A model generated the notes under the pieces. That model was not told the DNA's origin. It searched no databases and saw only the letters and a list, made by a program, of their open reading frames with translations. From a virus (lineage: Duplodnaviria; Caudoviricetes), in IMG/VR virus record IMGVR_UViG_3300030708_002846, positions 1 to 61,525 of that record: 61,525 bases of DNA; one strand, written 5' to 3'. A program made the translations under genes and the position numbers. This document shows, in pieces, positions 20,736 through 30,505 of the stretch; position 1 is the stretch's first letter; every line of letters starts with the position of its first letter.

Positions 20736-21413
20736 TTATACTATTTTTTTACCAAGTATTCTATCTTTCAGTATAGAAAACTTATAGCTTAAAGTATTGG
20801 TATGGCTTGTTAGATCAAACTTTTTATTAGAAAAATGTAGTTCAATATCATCTTGTGTTTCAAAAGACATATAAAATAATGGTTCGTCCTTTTTGATAAC
20901 TATTTTATCAGTCTCTTTCCTAACAGGTAAAAACATATTTAAATCAGTTGGTATATCTTTAGGATGTATTACACCAGGAAGACATTCCCAATTTCTAAAT
21001 TCCCATGAAGCATTATGAAAATATAAAGGTGCATCTGATTGAATATAATTAAACATGCATATCTTTATTACAAATTTATAATTATCGTTTTGTACATAAT
21101 TTAACAGCTGTGAGTTACTATGAGTTGTCACACTCATAAGATTATTAAAATCGCCATTACCCATTGCCCACTGCTCTAACCTATTATTAGATATTAAAAA
21201 CTCCATATCAAAAGGAGATGTAAAAACTAATACTTTTCTAAAATAGTTTACAAATCCAGGACAAGTTTTAATTGTAGTGCTCGTCTCTGAACGGTTAAAA
21301 AGCCTTGGTATATTTTTGTAATATTTTGGTAGATTTTGTGGAAAGCTTAAAAAATTATTCTTTAATATTTCTATGGGTATTATGTTGCTATAAATTGTAA
21401 GGTTATTTTTCAT
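20736..21413 (-). CDS. hypothetical protein in oxygenase cluster
   Basis: ORF with TIKTCPG motif; very AT-rich. Confidence 0.65.
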   Translation of the reverse strand: MKNNLTIYSNIIPIEILKNNFLSFPQNLPKYYKNIPRLFNRSETSTTIKTCPGFVNYFRKVLVFTSPFDMEFLISNNRLEQWAMGNGDFNNLMSVTTHSNSQLLNYVQNDNYKFVIKICMFNYIQSDAPLYFHNASWEFRNWECLPGVIHPKDIPTDLNMFLPVRKETDKIVIKKDEPLFYMSFETQDDIELHFSNKKFDLTSHTNTLSYKFSILKDRILGKKIV

Positions 21414-22023
21414 TTTTAAAAGAAACAGGTAAACCTATAAAAGGTCTTGTGTCAAATTTATTATACTCTGCGTTTTCAGTATCTACAGAATTATAATGCA
21501 AAAACACTTGACCACATAATTCTCCTTCAAATTTATTTCTCCAATGTTCTAGGATGTTACCTTTGTAAACTAACATATCTCCTTCTTCTAGATTGACTTC
21601 AACATCTGTATTCTCATTCTTGATATATATAGGCCAAGGGTCGCCCCCTAAATAAAGTGTAGTTGATATTTCACAACTAAACCTATCAGTGTGTTTTTTT
21701 AATTCATCTCCTTTTTCATAAACTCTTGAGTATGAGTATGTTGGATATAATTTTTTATTTGTAATTTTTTCCATTATATTTTTAAGCTCTATCAAAAAAA
21801 CTTCATTTTCTATTGATGCATAAATTGAGAACGTACCAGGCACTTGAGCATCATTCCATGTTCCAAAATCTATACTATCTTTTTTCAAATAATTTGTTTT
21901 AAACATATGGTCAGTAACCTTTCTTCTTAACAATAAACATCTAAAAGCAAAATCTGCTATCTCCTTAGAGACAGCGCTCTTAATTATTGTAAAACCATCG
22001 TTATGAAAATTATAATTTGTCAT
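21403..22023 (-). CDS. 2OG-Fe(II) oxygenase
   Basis: LKKHTDR...GDMLVYKG..LEHWR. Confidence 0.8.
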   Translation of the reverse strand: MTNYNFHNDGFTIIKSAVSKEIADFAFRCLLLRRKVTDHMFKTNYLKKDSIDFGTWNDAQVPGTFSIYASIENEVFLIELKNIMEKITNKKLYPTYSYSRVYEKGDELKKHTDRFSCEISTTLYLGGDPWPIYIKNENTDVEVNLEEGDMLVYKGNILEHWRNKFEGELCGQVFLHYNSVDTENAEYNKFDTRPFIGLPVSFKNEK

Positions 22024-22540
22024 GTAAGTTAAAATGTATAAATCTTAAAATATTATTATTTTTTTGTACAGTAAACATGTGTGGTAAGTATGATGGAAAT
22101 ATTATTAAATCACCTTGTTGCGGTTTTATATTTACTCTCTCTGACATAGCAGATACCTCATCTTTATTTTCTAATTCATTTATATCTTTGTATAAAAGTG
22201 TATTAGATCTTGGATCACAAAAAATAGGAAAAGATGTATCTTTGCCTACCTCCAAAAATAAAAAACCACTTACTAAACTATTATAATGAACATGATATTC
22301 TTGATTCGAATATTCTTTAAATGTTTCTAACCATATGTCTTTTATTTTAAGATTATTATAATTTGTTTTTAAACCCATTCTTTTTATTAGTTCAAAGCCT
22401 TTGTCCAATAAAGTGTCTGACACAATTTTAAAATCATTTTGCGAACTGTTAAATCTTTCACATAAATGTTTATGATTCTCATGAAACACAGGCGTTGGAA
22501 AAAGACTATACATCATTTGAAAGGGTATCCTAAAAACCAA
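22010..22540 (-). CDS. 2OG-Fe(II) oxygenase (HxH type)
   Basis: HVH..SLVSG...FPSYLPH...RFIHFN. Confidence 0.8.
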   Translation of the reverse strand: MVFRIPFQMMYSLFPTPVFHENHKHLCERFNSSQNDFKIVSDTLLDKGFELIKRMGLKTNYNNLKIKDIWLETFKEYSNQEYHVHYNSLVSGFLFLEVGKDTSFPIFCDPRSNTLLYKDINELENKDEVSAMSERVNIKPQQGDLIIFPSYLPHMFTVQKNNNILRFIHFNLHDKL

Positions 22541-23175
22541 GAGACAAGAGAATATCGAGTTCCTTGAGTCACTGGTGTTATTCTATGCCAAACAAAAGAT
22601 GGAAAGACAATTACGCTCCCTTTTGGTTTAAATCTATCCTCTTTTGTAACTATGAGTGCATCATCTTTATTTCTAAATTGAAATTCTAGTTCACCTCCTT
22701 GATAGTCACATGGGTCACTTAAATTAACACACATAGATAATTTTCTTATTTTTTTATAAAAGTTTTCCTGTTTAGGATTTTCATAAGCTCCATCGAAAGA
22801 GTCTGGATGCCAATTATAAAATTGATTAATTTTGTATTTAGTAAATTGTACTGATTCAGAATGATTTACTTCAAAGTTCCATTCTGCATTTTTATTAGCT
22901 GTATGTACATAAGGCCAAAGCTCTTTATAAAGCCATTCCTCGTCTATCCAAGCAACATCTGAATCTCGCTTTTTTTTAGTTTTTTCTTCAAACTCTTTTA
23001 ATAACTGGTTTTTTGTAACGTCAAATCTATTTACAAGCTGTTCTTCAATGTATTTATCGGCATCTCCTGTCGTGCCCTTGCGTTCTCTTAAATTGTTTCC
23101 GTGTGTAATAAGTTTGTTACAAAACTCTTCAGACAAAACTTTTTCAAAAACCCAATAATAATTTTTTAAGATCAT
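22513..23175 (-). CDS. 2OG-Fe(II) oxygenase (prolyl-hydroxylase/PKHD-like)
   Basis: YNWHPD, RKLS, YQGGEL, FPSFVWHRITPVTQGTRYSLVSW. Confidence 0.9.
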   Translation of the reverse strand: MILKNYYWVFEKVLSEEFCNKLITHGNNLRERKGTTGDADKYIEEQLVNRFDVTKNQLLKEFEEKTKKKRDSDVAWIDEEWLYKELWPYVHTANKNAEWNFEVNHSESVQFTKYKINQFYNWHPDSFDGAYENPKQENFYKKIRKLSMCVNLSDPCDYQGGELEFQFRNKDDALIVTKEDRFKPKGSVIVFPSFVWHRITPVTQGTRYSLVSWFLGYPFK

Positions 23176-23657
23176 AAATAATTAAAAACCAAAGTAACTC
23201 TTGCTTTCTTGTCTGTGCATGTTGTACTAGCATGAGGTTTTGAAGAATCAAATAAAACTATATTATTTTGTTTACTCTCTATTTCTTGATCTTCAATTAT
23301 GGTTTTTCCATTATTTGTATTAAAAAAGAAAAGTGCACCTTTATGTGGATATTCAAAATCAGTGTGCATTCTATGTTTAATTATTTTTTGTTGATTCAAA
23401 TATAAATTTGCTTTTATTCTTATTATTGCTTTAGGTTTTAATCTATCCAAGAAAGGCCGACAAACCATGTCATAAAATTCGCTATTGGGTCTATTATCTT
23501 TATAAAATAAATGTGCTAAGAAAATATTATCTAGAGGATCTTTTTCATCAATTACGAAGTCTTGATAAAACCACGGAAAACTATTATTCATTACAAATTT
23601 TTGTAAATTTGTAAAAGCGTCTTGTGGTAAAAAATCTTCTATGACTTCAATCGACAT
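23172..23657 (-). CDS. 2OG-Fe(II) oxygenase
   Basis: HTD...FDSSKPH...RVTLVFN. Confidence 0.8.
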   Translation of the reverse strand: MSIEVIEDFLPQDAFTNLQKFVMNNSFPWFYQDFVIDEKDPLDNIFLAHLFYKDNRPNSEFYDMVCRPFLDRLKPKAIIRIKANLYLNQQKIIKHRMHTDFEYPHKGALFFFNTNNGKTIIEDQEIESKQNNIVLFDSSKPHASTTCTDKKARVTLVFNYL

Positions 23658-23694
23658 GAGTAAGTTTATACACTTACTTTAATTAAAAGGCAAA

Positions 23695-24210
23695 TTAACT
23701 TGGTACTTCCCAAGAAGTTGAAGTAGAACTCCAAACTAAAGATGTAGTGTTTTCAAAATCTTGACCAATCCATCTTGTATTCTCATCATCCCAAGTCCAA
23801 TTTAGTGTTTTTTCACCATGGTTTCTTGTTGGAAAACCGAAGCTTGGTTCCCAATCACATCTACTAGTGTTAAACACCCAACTAGAATAAGGTTTTGGTG
23901 GTATGAATTTATCTGTTGCAGAATCGTAAGTATATCCTTGTGCAGGATAATTTCCTCTTAATGGAGTACCTCCATCAACATGTTCATTGTTTTGAGTTTT
24001 TTTATCACATCTTTTAACGTATGTGTTTTGCGGATAGTTTCCATCGTAATATGTGTCTGCAGTCCATGCATCATCAGGTATAGTAGAATTTACCCAAGTT
24101 GCGCACTGATCAGAATCAACTCCTCCATTAGCAGCGCATTGTGCATCGTCCATTATGACTACTTTAATTACAATATTATCGTCTGAATTAATTTGTGCAA
24201 AATGTGCCAT
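23695..24210 (-). CDS. tail-fibre-associated protein
   Basis: MAHFAQ start; RGNYP...YD...D.FIPPKPYSSW motif; follows the fibre gene. Confidence 0.65.
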   Translation of the reverse strand: MAHFAQINSDDNIVIKVVIMDDAQCAANGGVDSDQCATWVNSTIPDDAWTADTYYDGNYPQNTYVKRCDKKTQNNEHVDGGTPLRGNYPAQGYTYDSATDKFIPPKPYSSWVFNTSRCDWEPSFGFPTRNHGEKTLNWTWDDENTRWIGQDFENTTSLVWSSTSTSWEVPS

Positions 24211-25049
24211 TATCCTGATTTCCAATTTCCATCTTTAATTGCTTCAAAGACTTGTTTAGTTGGCCATACACCAGAAGCTGAAAAAGCATCAAGTTCTCTT
24301 ACGATTACAATACCGTCTCCGCCACTTCTTGTGCCGCCACCGTGATTCGCTCCTGCTCCACCACCTCGGCCATCGCCTCCATTTTGGCCTCCAGGTGAAC
24401 CTTCACCTCCGCCTCCTGTACCTCCAGCATAATTTCCGTCAGAGCCGCCTCCGCCTCCAGCGTAATAATTTCCAGGTGATGAAATTGCGTTTTCTGAACC
24501 TTGTCCTCCAGCAGAACCTCCAGGTTGGCTAGCACCTCCGCCACCTCCACGGTCATTGCTATTTCCTCCAGGATTTCCTTGAGGTGGACTTACAGGTGGT
24601 TGGTTTCCTTGTCCTCCGTTTCCAGATTGAGAACCTCCGCCTCCTGATCCGCCAGGTCGTCCAGATTGGCCATTCCATGAGCCACCTCCTCCGCCTCCAG
24701 CAGATGTAATTCCAAATACACTTGAAGAACCACCATTGTTTGCTTGTTGATAGTCACCGCAGAAACCTCCGCCTCCGCCTCCAACTGAGACAGGGTAGCT
24801 TGATCCACCTGATACAGGTTGAGCATCTGCTACAGGAGATGGATAGTTTGTTCTATATCCTCCTGCTCCTCCGCCCCCAATTCGAGCCGCGCCACCGCCA
24901 CCACCGACAATAAGATATTCTACAAATTTAGTGCCTGGTGATGCAGTATAAGTTCCGCCTGAAGTAAATGAATTAACTGCAGGTGATCCAGCTTCTGAGA
25001 AGATTGGATTGTTTGAAGCTCCAATAATACCACCTTGTCCTTGTGCCAT
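24210..25049 (-). CDS. glycine-rich tail fibre / receptor-binding protein
   Basis: YLIVGGGGG, many GGxG repeats, GDGIVIVR, SGVW end motif. Confidence 0.75.
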   Translation of the reverse strand: MAQGQGGIIGASNNPIFSEAGSPAVNSFTSGGTYTASPGTKFVEYLIVGGGGGAARIGGGGAGGYRTNYPSPVADAQPVSGGSSYPVSVGGGGGGFCGDYQQANNGGSSSVFGITSAGGGGGGSWNGQSGRPGGSGGGGSQSGNGGQGNQPPVSPPQGNPGGNSNDRGGGGGASQPGGSAGGQGSENAISSPGNYYAGGGGGSDGNYAGGTGGGGEGSPGGQNGGDGRGGGAGANHGGGTRSGGDGIVIVRELDAFSASGVWPTKQVFEAIKDGNWKSG

Positions 25050-25064
25050 TATTAAGACCTCCTA

Positions 25065-25430
25065 TTAACTTAGTTCTTCGTAATTTATAGTGATAGTCAA
25101 GTCACTAGCTGCACTAGCTCCTGCTTCGATATTATCTCCCTCTTCTAAATACAGAGAAGAATTTTTATCAATTAATATTAAAGTTGAGTCTGCTGCTACA
25201 GCAATTGTGCTTGCAATTTTAATTGGTGAACCACCACTTTTTGTAATAGCCACAGTCGCATCAGCAGAGCTACTGCCGTCTATGTTAGCTATAATAATAC
25301 TGTTAATTTTAAAAACTTTGTTTGATGATGATGCGTTCGCTAAAATTTCTGTTGTTACAGTAGTGGTCAAAGTAGCTTGAACTGACTTAGCTGTAATCGT
25401 TGAAACGTTAACTAGATTTGGTGCTGCCAT
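25065..25430 (-). CDS. tail structural protein
   Basis: MAAPNLVNV...LYLEEGD...YEEL; beta-rich. Confidence 0.65.
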   Translation of the reverse strand: MAAPNLVNVSTITAKSVQATLTTTVTTEILANASSSNKVFKINSIIIANIDGSSSADATVAITKSGGSPIKIASTIAVAADSTLILIDKNSSLYLEEGDNIEAGASAASDLTITINYEELS

Positions 25431-25454
25431 TTTTTATATCTCCTTAATTATAAT

Positions 25455-26105
25455 TTATCCGAAAACTAGTGCCATTGCAATAGCTTTTCCTGTTGAAGCT
25501 ACATCAGAAAAAGATAACGCTCCTGCGCCATTTGTTGTTAACCCATTACCACTTGAGCCATCTGCTGTCGGTAAGGTTAAAGAAAAACTAGAACCCACAG
25601 TAGCAGGTGCTTTCAAACCTACATACTCTCCTCCAGTAGAATCTTCGAATCTTACTTCATTTTGATTAGTCAAATTTAATTGTGATAATTCTGAAAATAA
25701 ATCTGTAACATTAGTACCATCAGCGTAAAGAATTTTTGTACCTTTATCAGTGGTAGCAAAAGTTGGTCCTGTGCCACTTACTGTTTTAAATTGAACAGTG
25801 TACGCGCCTGAAGTTGTGTTTTTGACTATGTATACTTTTTCAATGCTGTCAGGAATTGTTACAATTTGGTTACCTGTAATAGTTCCTGTTAATTCAACTA
25901 CTGCGTTTCTTGCATTTGAAAGAGTTGCATTTGTCATTGCTAACGCTGTCGTTTGTGCGCCACCTGCAATAGAAACTGCTTCATAACCTGCAATCGCTTG
26001 TTGAACTAAGTTTAAATTTGTATTAGTTTTATCACCCCAAGTACCAGAGTTTTCCCCTGTTACCATTAATTCGAGTTTCAAATCTGTAGAATAACTTGAT
26101 GCCAT
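25455..26105 (-). CDS. tail structural protein
   Basis: GENSGTWGDKTNTN; LTLPTADG; C-terminal GKAIAMALVFG. Confidence 0.65.
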   Translation of the reverse strand: MASSYSTDLKLELMVTGENSGTWGDKTNTNLNLVQQAIAGYEAVSIAGGAQTTALAMTNATLSNARNAVVELTGTITGNQIVTIPDSIEKVYIVKNTTSGAYTVQFKTVSGTGPTFATTDKGTKILYADGTNVTDLFSELSQLNLTNQNEVRFEDSTGGEYVGLKAPATVGSSFSLTLPTADGSSGNGLTTNGAGALSFSDVASTGKAIAMALVFG

Positions 26106-26138
26106 ATATTAATCCTTGTTTTAAAAAGTATAGTTTAT

Positions 26139-27605
26139 CTATGCTGCCTCGTCAATAACCGTCCAAGTGTTAGTTATATCTGGATCTACTACTGCCCAGG
26201 CATTTATGTTAATTGTACCAACAGAACCGTTGATTTGCAATCCTGTTACTGGTGCTTCAGCACTTGCTCCAGCTACCGCACTCGCAAGAGATGGTGTTAG
26301 AGATATTCCTGAAGGAGAAGCTATAGTATTTGCGTCTAATACGGCTGTTCCTAAAGAGAAAGTTGTTGATAGTCCTGTTAAAGCACCTGTATTTGCGTCC
26401 GCGGTTACGCTTACTGAACTTACATTTGTAGTTAAGCTTTGTCCTGTAGAAATTACGTCTACTGATGGGATTATTATTTCAACACCTGTTAATAAAGTAT
26501 TTCCGTCACCATTACCCCAAAGACTATTTCCCCATGTGTCATTTCCCCAAGGGTCATTGGAAGGAGATGTAACTTCAACAATTGTAAGTTCTCCACCAAA
26601 AGCATTTCCTTGAGAAGTTGTTGCGTTTGTTCCTGATAAAGAATAAATAGAAGCTTGACCAATAGTTCCAAGTGATGAAGACATTCCTTGTCCTGTCAAA
26701 GAAACATTTGCTTCTCCAATACCAACTTCGACACCACTTACTAATGAAATTCCGTCACCAATACCCCATAATCCATTACCCCATGTTTCATTACCCCATG
26801 GATCATTTGAAGGAGATGTAACTTCAACAGTTACAAGCTCTCCAGCAAATACTGTACCTCTGCTCGAAGTCATGCTTTGACCTGTGACTGGAGCTTCGGC
26901 ACTTGTTCCAGCAACTTCATCTCCTACAGCTGATGTCATGGATGCGCCTGTTGGTATAATGTTTGCGTTTGCTGTTACGCTTTCAGTTCCAATAGCAAAT
27001 GTACCAATACTAATACCTGTAACAGCTGCTTCAGGACTTTCAAATTCGCCCCATTCTTGAGATCCCCAAGTTAATGCACCCCATCCAACAGATGGAAAAT
27101 ACGTAACTGAACTTACTGCTGATGTAACGTTTACACCAGTTGCAGAAGCAGATTGATCTCCTAATAAATTCCAAGTACCAAATCCCCATGTTTTTGCTCC
27201 CCATGTATTTTGAGTAATATCAAAAACACCTCCCATGCCAATTCCATGGATGTAACACAAATAATAAAAATCTGTTTCAGAAGACGGTGTTACTTCAATG
27301 TATCTTGTAGTAGCAGCATTGAATGTGGTTGTATTTGTGTAGTTTGTTTGGTTGCTAGCTCCGTCAAGATAATAAGTTATCCCCGAAGAAATAATGCCAG
27401 ACGTACTAGTGTTTGTAGAAAAAATTAATGGGTGGTTGTTATTTGATGCATCACTTTGATCAAAACGTAAAGTTGCACCTGAAACCCAACTTACAGTTCC
27501 TGGACCTGTAGAATTTCTAGCACCGTCTAAATAAAAGACGTTGCCCGTTCCTCCGCCATAAAGGTTACCCGATGCTACGGTAACTGTGTAAGTAAGTTCT
27601 GCCAT
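26139..27605 (-). CDS. virion protein with N-terminal cupredoxin-like domain and WG repeats
   Basis: NHPL...CYIHGIGMG; repeated WGxxxWG; Ser/Thr/Gly-rich. Confidence 0.65.
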   Translation of the reverse strand: MAELTYTVTVASGNLYGGGTGNVFYLDGARNSTGPGTVSWVSGATLRFDQSDASNNNHPLIFSTNTSTSGIISSGITYYLDGASNQTNYTNTTTFNAATTRYIEVTPSSETDFYYLCYIHGIGMGGVFDITQNTWGAKTWGFGTWNLLGDQSASATGVNVTSAVSSVTYFPSVGWGALTWGSQEWGEFESPEAAVTGISIGTFAIGTESVTANANIIPTGASMTSAVGDEVAGTSAEAPVTGQSMTSSRGTVFAGELVTVEVTSPSNDPWGNETWGNGLWGIGDGISLVSGVEVGIGEANVSLTGQGMSSSLGTIGQASIYSLSGTNATTSQGNAFGGELTIVEVTSPSNDPWGNDTWGNSLWGNGDGNTLLTGVEIIIPSVDVISTGQSLTTNVSSVSVTADANTGALTGLSTTFSLGTAVLDANTIASPSGISLTPSLASAVAGASAEAPVTGLQINGSVGTININAWAVVDPDITNTWTVIDEAA

Positions 27606-27622
27606 AGCAACGGGCTCCTAAA

Positions 27623-28051
27623 TTATGCGATTCTTAAAATAGCAGCAGTAGAGGTAAAGTTAGGAAATTGAATTGTAAACGTTCCTGATGTTGCAGTTTT
27701 ATCTGCGCCAAAATCTAAAACACAAACTGCTTTTTTAGAGTCAGTTGAGTTATAAATTAAAGCACCTCTTGCAGTTAAAGTTACTCCAGTAAAAGATAAG
27801 TCTGCGAAATCTACAATAGCTGTTGTAGATGATAATGATGTTTGTTGCGATTGTAATTGTTTACCCTTAGCAACATACGTACCAGAAGCAGAAACTTCGT
27901 TACCTGTAGTGTATGAAGTTGTTGCTGCACCTAGAGATGCTTGTGATGTATATAATGCTAAATTAAAATTGTCCCCGCCTGTATCCAGATCATGGACACC
28001 GTCTAATAATTCTTTTTTGAAAGAATTACAAACTGCTTGTGTTATTGCCAT
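27623..28051 (-). CDS. structural protein
   Basis: MAITQAVCNSFKKELL...ARGALIYN...VLDFG; SD present. Confidence 0.65.
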   Translation of the reverse strand: MAITQAVCNSFKKELLDGVHDLDTGGDNFNLALYTSQASLGAATTSYTTGNEVSASGTYVAKGKQLQSQQTSLSSTTAIVDFADLSFTGVTLTARGALIYNSTDSKKAVCVLDFGADKTATSGTFTIQFPNFTSTAAILRIA

Positions 28052-28069
28052 AAAATTTCTCCTTAATAA

Positions 28070-28765
28070 TTAATTATTTGGTGATGGTGAAGGAATTTTA
28101 ACCCTTGGCACACCATCGGTATACTCGTCTCTACGTCTAGCTCCCATTTGCTCCAACGCAAAACTTTGTATAGCTATATTATACTTGTCTGAATAGAGTT
28201 TGTACATATCCATGGGCCCTTTCAAAAACTCATAGGCGTTCATCATCGTAGCTACAAATAATAGATCTTGATAGTTATTAGACAGATATGTCGTAGTGTT
28301 AGTTGATGACAAATGATCAGGGTTCATTACATAGTCTACTTCAACTTTATACGCACTGTTAGGCGTAGGAGCCACTATTAAATAGGTTTCTTTCCAATTA
28401 GAATAGTATTTTGGCACTCCTGTAGCTTCAGTTGAATTATACTCATCTATAAAAGATACATCTCTTTTGACCAAAGTTTCAGTTGTAGTTGGAGAATTAT
28501 TTGTGTTAAAAACTTTCACCGCTCTTACAGACAAACTAAATCTAGATGTATTACCTTGAAAAACAGCATTATTAGGAAGTTCTAAATATCTGTTTGAAGG
28601 TTTAAAATTACTTGTAACATACTGTCTTTCGTAATCTGCATCTACTTCTCTTGAGATTCTTAACTCTGCATCTTTAATCATAGAGTCAAGTATAGAATCA
28701 GTTAATACTGAACTATCAACCTCTGTGTAATCTCTAATCTTTTGAATTAATTCTGCAAACGTCAT
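28070..28765 (-). CDS. head-tail adaptor / tail tubular A-like protein
   Basis: AELRI; G.PKYY; VAPTP motifs typical of adaptors. Confidence 0.6.
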   Translation of the reverse strand: MTFAELIQKIRDYTEVDSSVLTDSILDSMIKDAELRISREVDADYERQYVTSNFKPSNRYLELPNNAVFQGNTSRFSLSVRAVKVFNTNNSPTTTETLVKRDVSFIDEYNSTEATGVPKYYSNWKETYLIVAPTPNSAYKVEVDYVMNPDHLSSTNTTTYLSNNYQDLLFVATMMNAYEFLKGPMDMYKLYSDKYNIAIQSFALEQMGARRRDEYTDGVPRVKIPSPSPNN

Positions 28766-29106
28766 GATATAGTTATTGTAACACTCCCTAATGAACCTCG
28801 TAACTCTCTTTTGTTATTTTCTTCTGTTGGAGAAGTTTGAGGCTGCATTCCATTTGATAAAAATTGACCATCCCAATATTGAGGATCCAAATACACTGTG
28901 ACAGGAGCAGCTCTTTGTGGTCTTGCATTAGACAATGCAACAGGATCAGCTTTCTTTGGTTTAGGATCTAACTGAGGATGTTTTGCTTCAAATTCAGACG
29001 TATGTACAAAAGAACCATTCCATTCTTTTACCATTTCTCTATAAGGAAAAGCTTGACCTGATCTATCTGATATTGATTGTGCAAATTTACCCTTCGAATA
29101 AGCCAT
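28762..29106 (-). CDS. conserved hypothetical virion-module protein
   Basis: SDRSG.AFPY.EM.KEWNG; KHPQL. Confidence 0.7.
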   Translation of the reverse strand: MAYSKGKFAQSISDRSGQAFPYREMVKEWNGSFVHTSEFEAKHPQLDPKPKKADPVALSNARPQRAAPVTVYLDPQYWDGQFLSNGMQPQTSPTEENNKRELRGSLGSVTITIS

Positions 29107-29780
29107 TAGGATCCTTGTGGGTAATAAACATTAGGTGTTATATATACAGATGTTCTTTGTCCGTCTTCATCTAATGCTCTTTTCAATTCATCTTCGTATA
29201 ATAATTTTAATGCTTGAATTCTTTCTGGTGCTATTTTTTGAGCTAAATAGAAAGCTAAACCTGATACCATACATGGAAAGAATCTAAAAGGCATATCGGA
29301 GGTATTAGTATATGCTCCTACATCTTCAATTCTAGCTAAATAGTAATAAAAAATATTAGTTACAGAACCTGTGCTTGGAGCTAAATATAAACTAATTGTA
29401 GGTGTAAGTTGTCTATCAACATAATATTGAGAGGGGGTGCCTGTATCAGATTTATTTGGAATAGCAATGTATTCTGATCTTGAAATTTTAGTTAAACTTT
29501 GTTGCGTTCCACCCGTTGTAGTTACAACAGCTTCTAAAACATCATTACAATCGCTTGGAGTATTATAAGTTATTTGTCCGTTAACTAAAGTTTCTGTTTG
29601 CGATTTAACTTTCCAAAGATTTATACCTCTGTTACCCCATTCAGAAAAAAGTAAATTTAAACTTCTTCTAGCTGACTTGATGTCATTACCAGAATTAGTT
29701 CTTACGCCACATCTTTCGTAAGCTTCTTCGATAACTTCATCAATTGTGATATTAAAACTTGTTGTTCCTGATGTAGCCAT
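29106..29780 (-). CDS. head-tail adaptor-like protein
   Basis: MATSGT; ARRSLNLLFSEWGNRGINLW; GTPSQYY. Confidence 0.6.
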   Translation of the reverse strand: MATSGTTSFNITIDEVIEEAYERCGVRTNSGNDIKSARRSLNLLFSEWGNRGINLWKVKSQTETLVNGQITYNTPSDCNDVLEAVVTTTGGTQQSLTKISRSEYIAIPNKSDTGTPSQYYVDRQLTPTISLYLAPSTGSVTNIFYYYLARIEDVGAYTNTSDMPFRFFPCMVSGLAFYLAQKIAPERIQALKLLYEDELKRALDEDGQRTSVYITPNVYYPQGS

Positions 29781-29787
29781 TTCATCC

Positions 29788-29952
29788 TTACGCTAATATT
29801 TTTTCTTGTAAATGTTTTGGTAGATTTTTTTGTTTACCAATTAGCTTTCCTGTTTTAGCATTTGTTGGTTTCTTTTTTACTGAGCCACCGCCCATGTATT
29901 TATTCATTCCACCACCCATTTTACCTTGTACTTTTATTCTTCCATTTTTCAT
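29788..29952 (-). CDS. 54-aa basic peptide with MGGG motifs; not in ORF track
   Basis: manual translation MKNGRIKVQGKMGGGMNKYMGGGSVKKKPTNAKTGKLIGKQKNLPKHLQEKILA; TAATG coupling. Confidence 0.65.
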   Translation of the reverse strand: MKNGRIKVQGKMGGGMNKYMGGGSVKKKPTNAKTGKLIGKQKNLPKHLQEKILA

Positions 29953-30113
29953 TACATTACTCCTTTGAAGTTTCCTCCTTTAATGGCTATACCCATGCCA
30001 CCACAAGAAAGTTGTTTTGGTTTAATTGGTTTTGTTTTTTTCTTATCTTTAGCTGCTTGAGTTGCTTTTCTCAATGCCTCAAGATATTTTTTATATTCTG
30101 TTGCTTGCTCCAT
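29952..30113 (-). CDS. 53-aa basic peptide; not in ORF track
   Basis: manual translation MEQATEYKKYLEALRKA...LSCGGMGIAIKGGNFKGVM; TAATG coupling at both ends. Confidence 0.65.
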   Translation of the reverse strand: MEQATEYKKYLEALRKATQAAKDKKKTKPIKPKQLSCGGMGIAIKGGNFKGVM

Positions 30114-30505
30114 TATAGATCTATCATACCACCATAATATAGTTTAGTAAACTCGCCTTTCGATGCAAATGTCTTAACATTTGTAGGTTTACCACCTACT
30201 CCTTGTGCTTTACTTCTTTTTCTCGCAACCGCAGAACGCCTTTGCGATTCTGTCATTCGGGCGGCTTTTGCAGCAGGCACGCATTTGGGGTATTTTCTTT
30301 TTGATCCATCTGCAGATTTTCTTCCACATTCTTTATATCCTCCACCTTTTTTTGGTGATCCTATATCTACCCATTTTTCTGAAAACCATTTTTTAAGTCC
30401 ACCTTTTTTCATACCTGCTGGGACACAGTTTGGAACCATTTTGTTCCCTTTTTTCTTCATACCTTTTTGGACATATCCTTGCCAACATGTACCTCGTTCA
30501 CTCAT
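30113..30505 (-). CDS. basic conserved phage protein
   Basis: CWQGY...PNCVP; KWFSEKWVDI; YPKCVP. Confidence 0.7.
   Translation of the reverse strand: MSERGTCWQGYVQKGMKKKGNKMVPNCVPAGMKKGGLKKWFSEKWVDIGSPKKGGGYKECGRKSADGSKRKYPKCVPAAKAARMTESQRRSAVARKRSKAQGVGGKPTNVKTFASKGEFTKLYYGGMIDL

Noticed and set aside
24210-25049. GC-rich CCT/CCG/CCA repeats as a foreign element
   Set aside because: Fully explained by glycine codons of the fibre gene; the alternative-frame ORFs are shadows.
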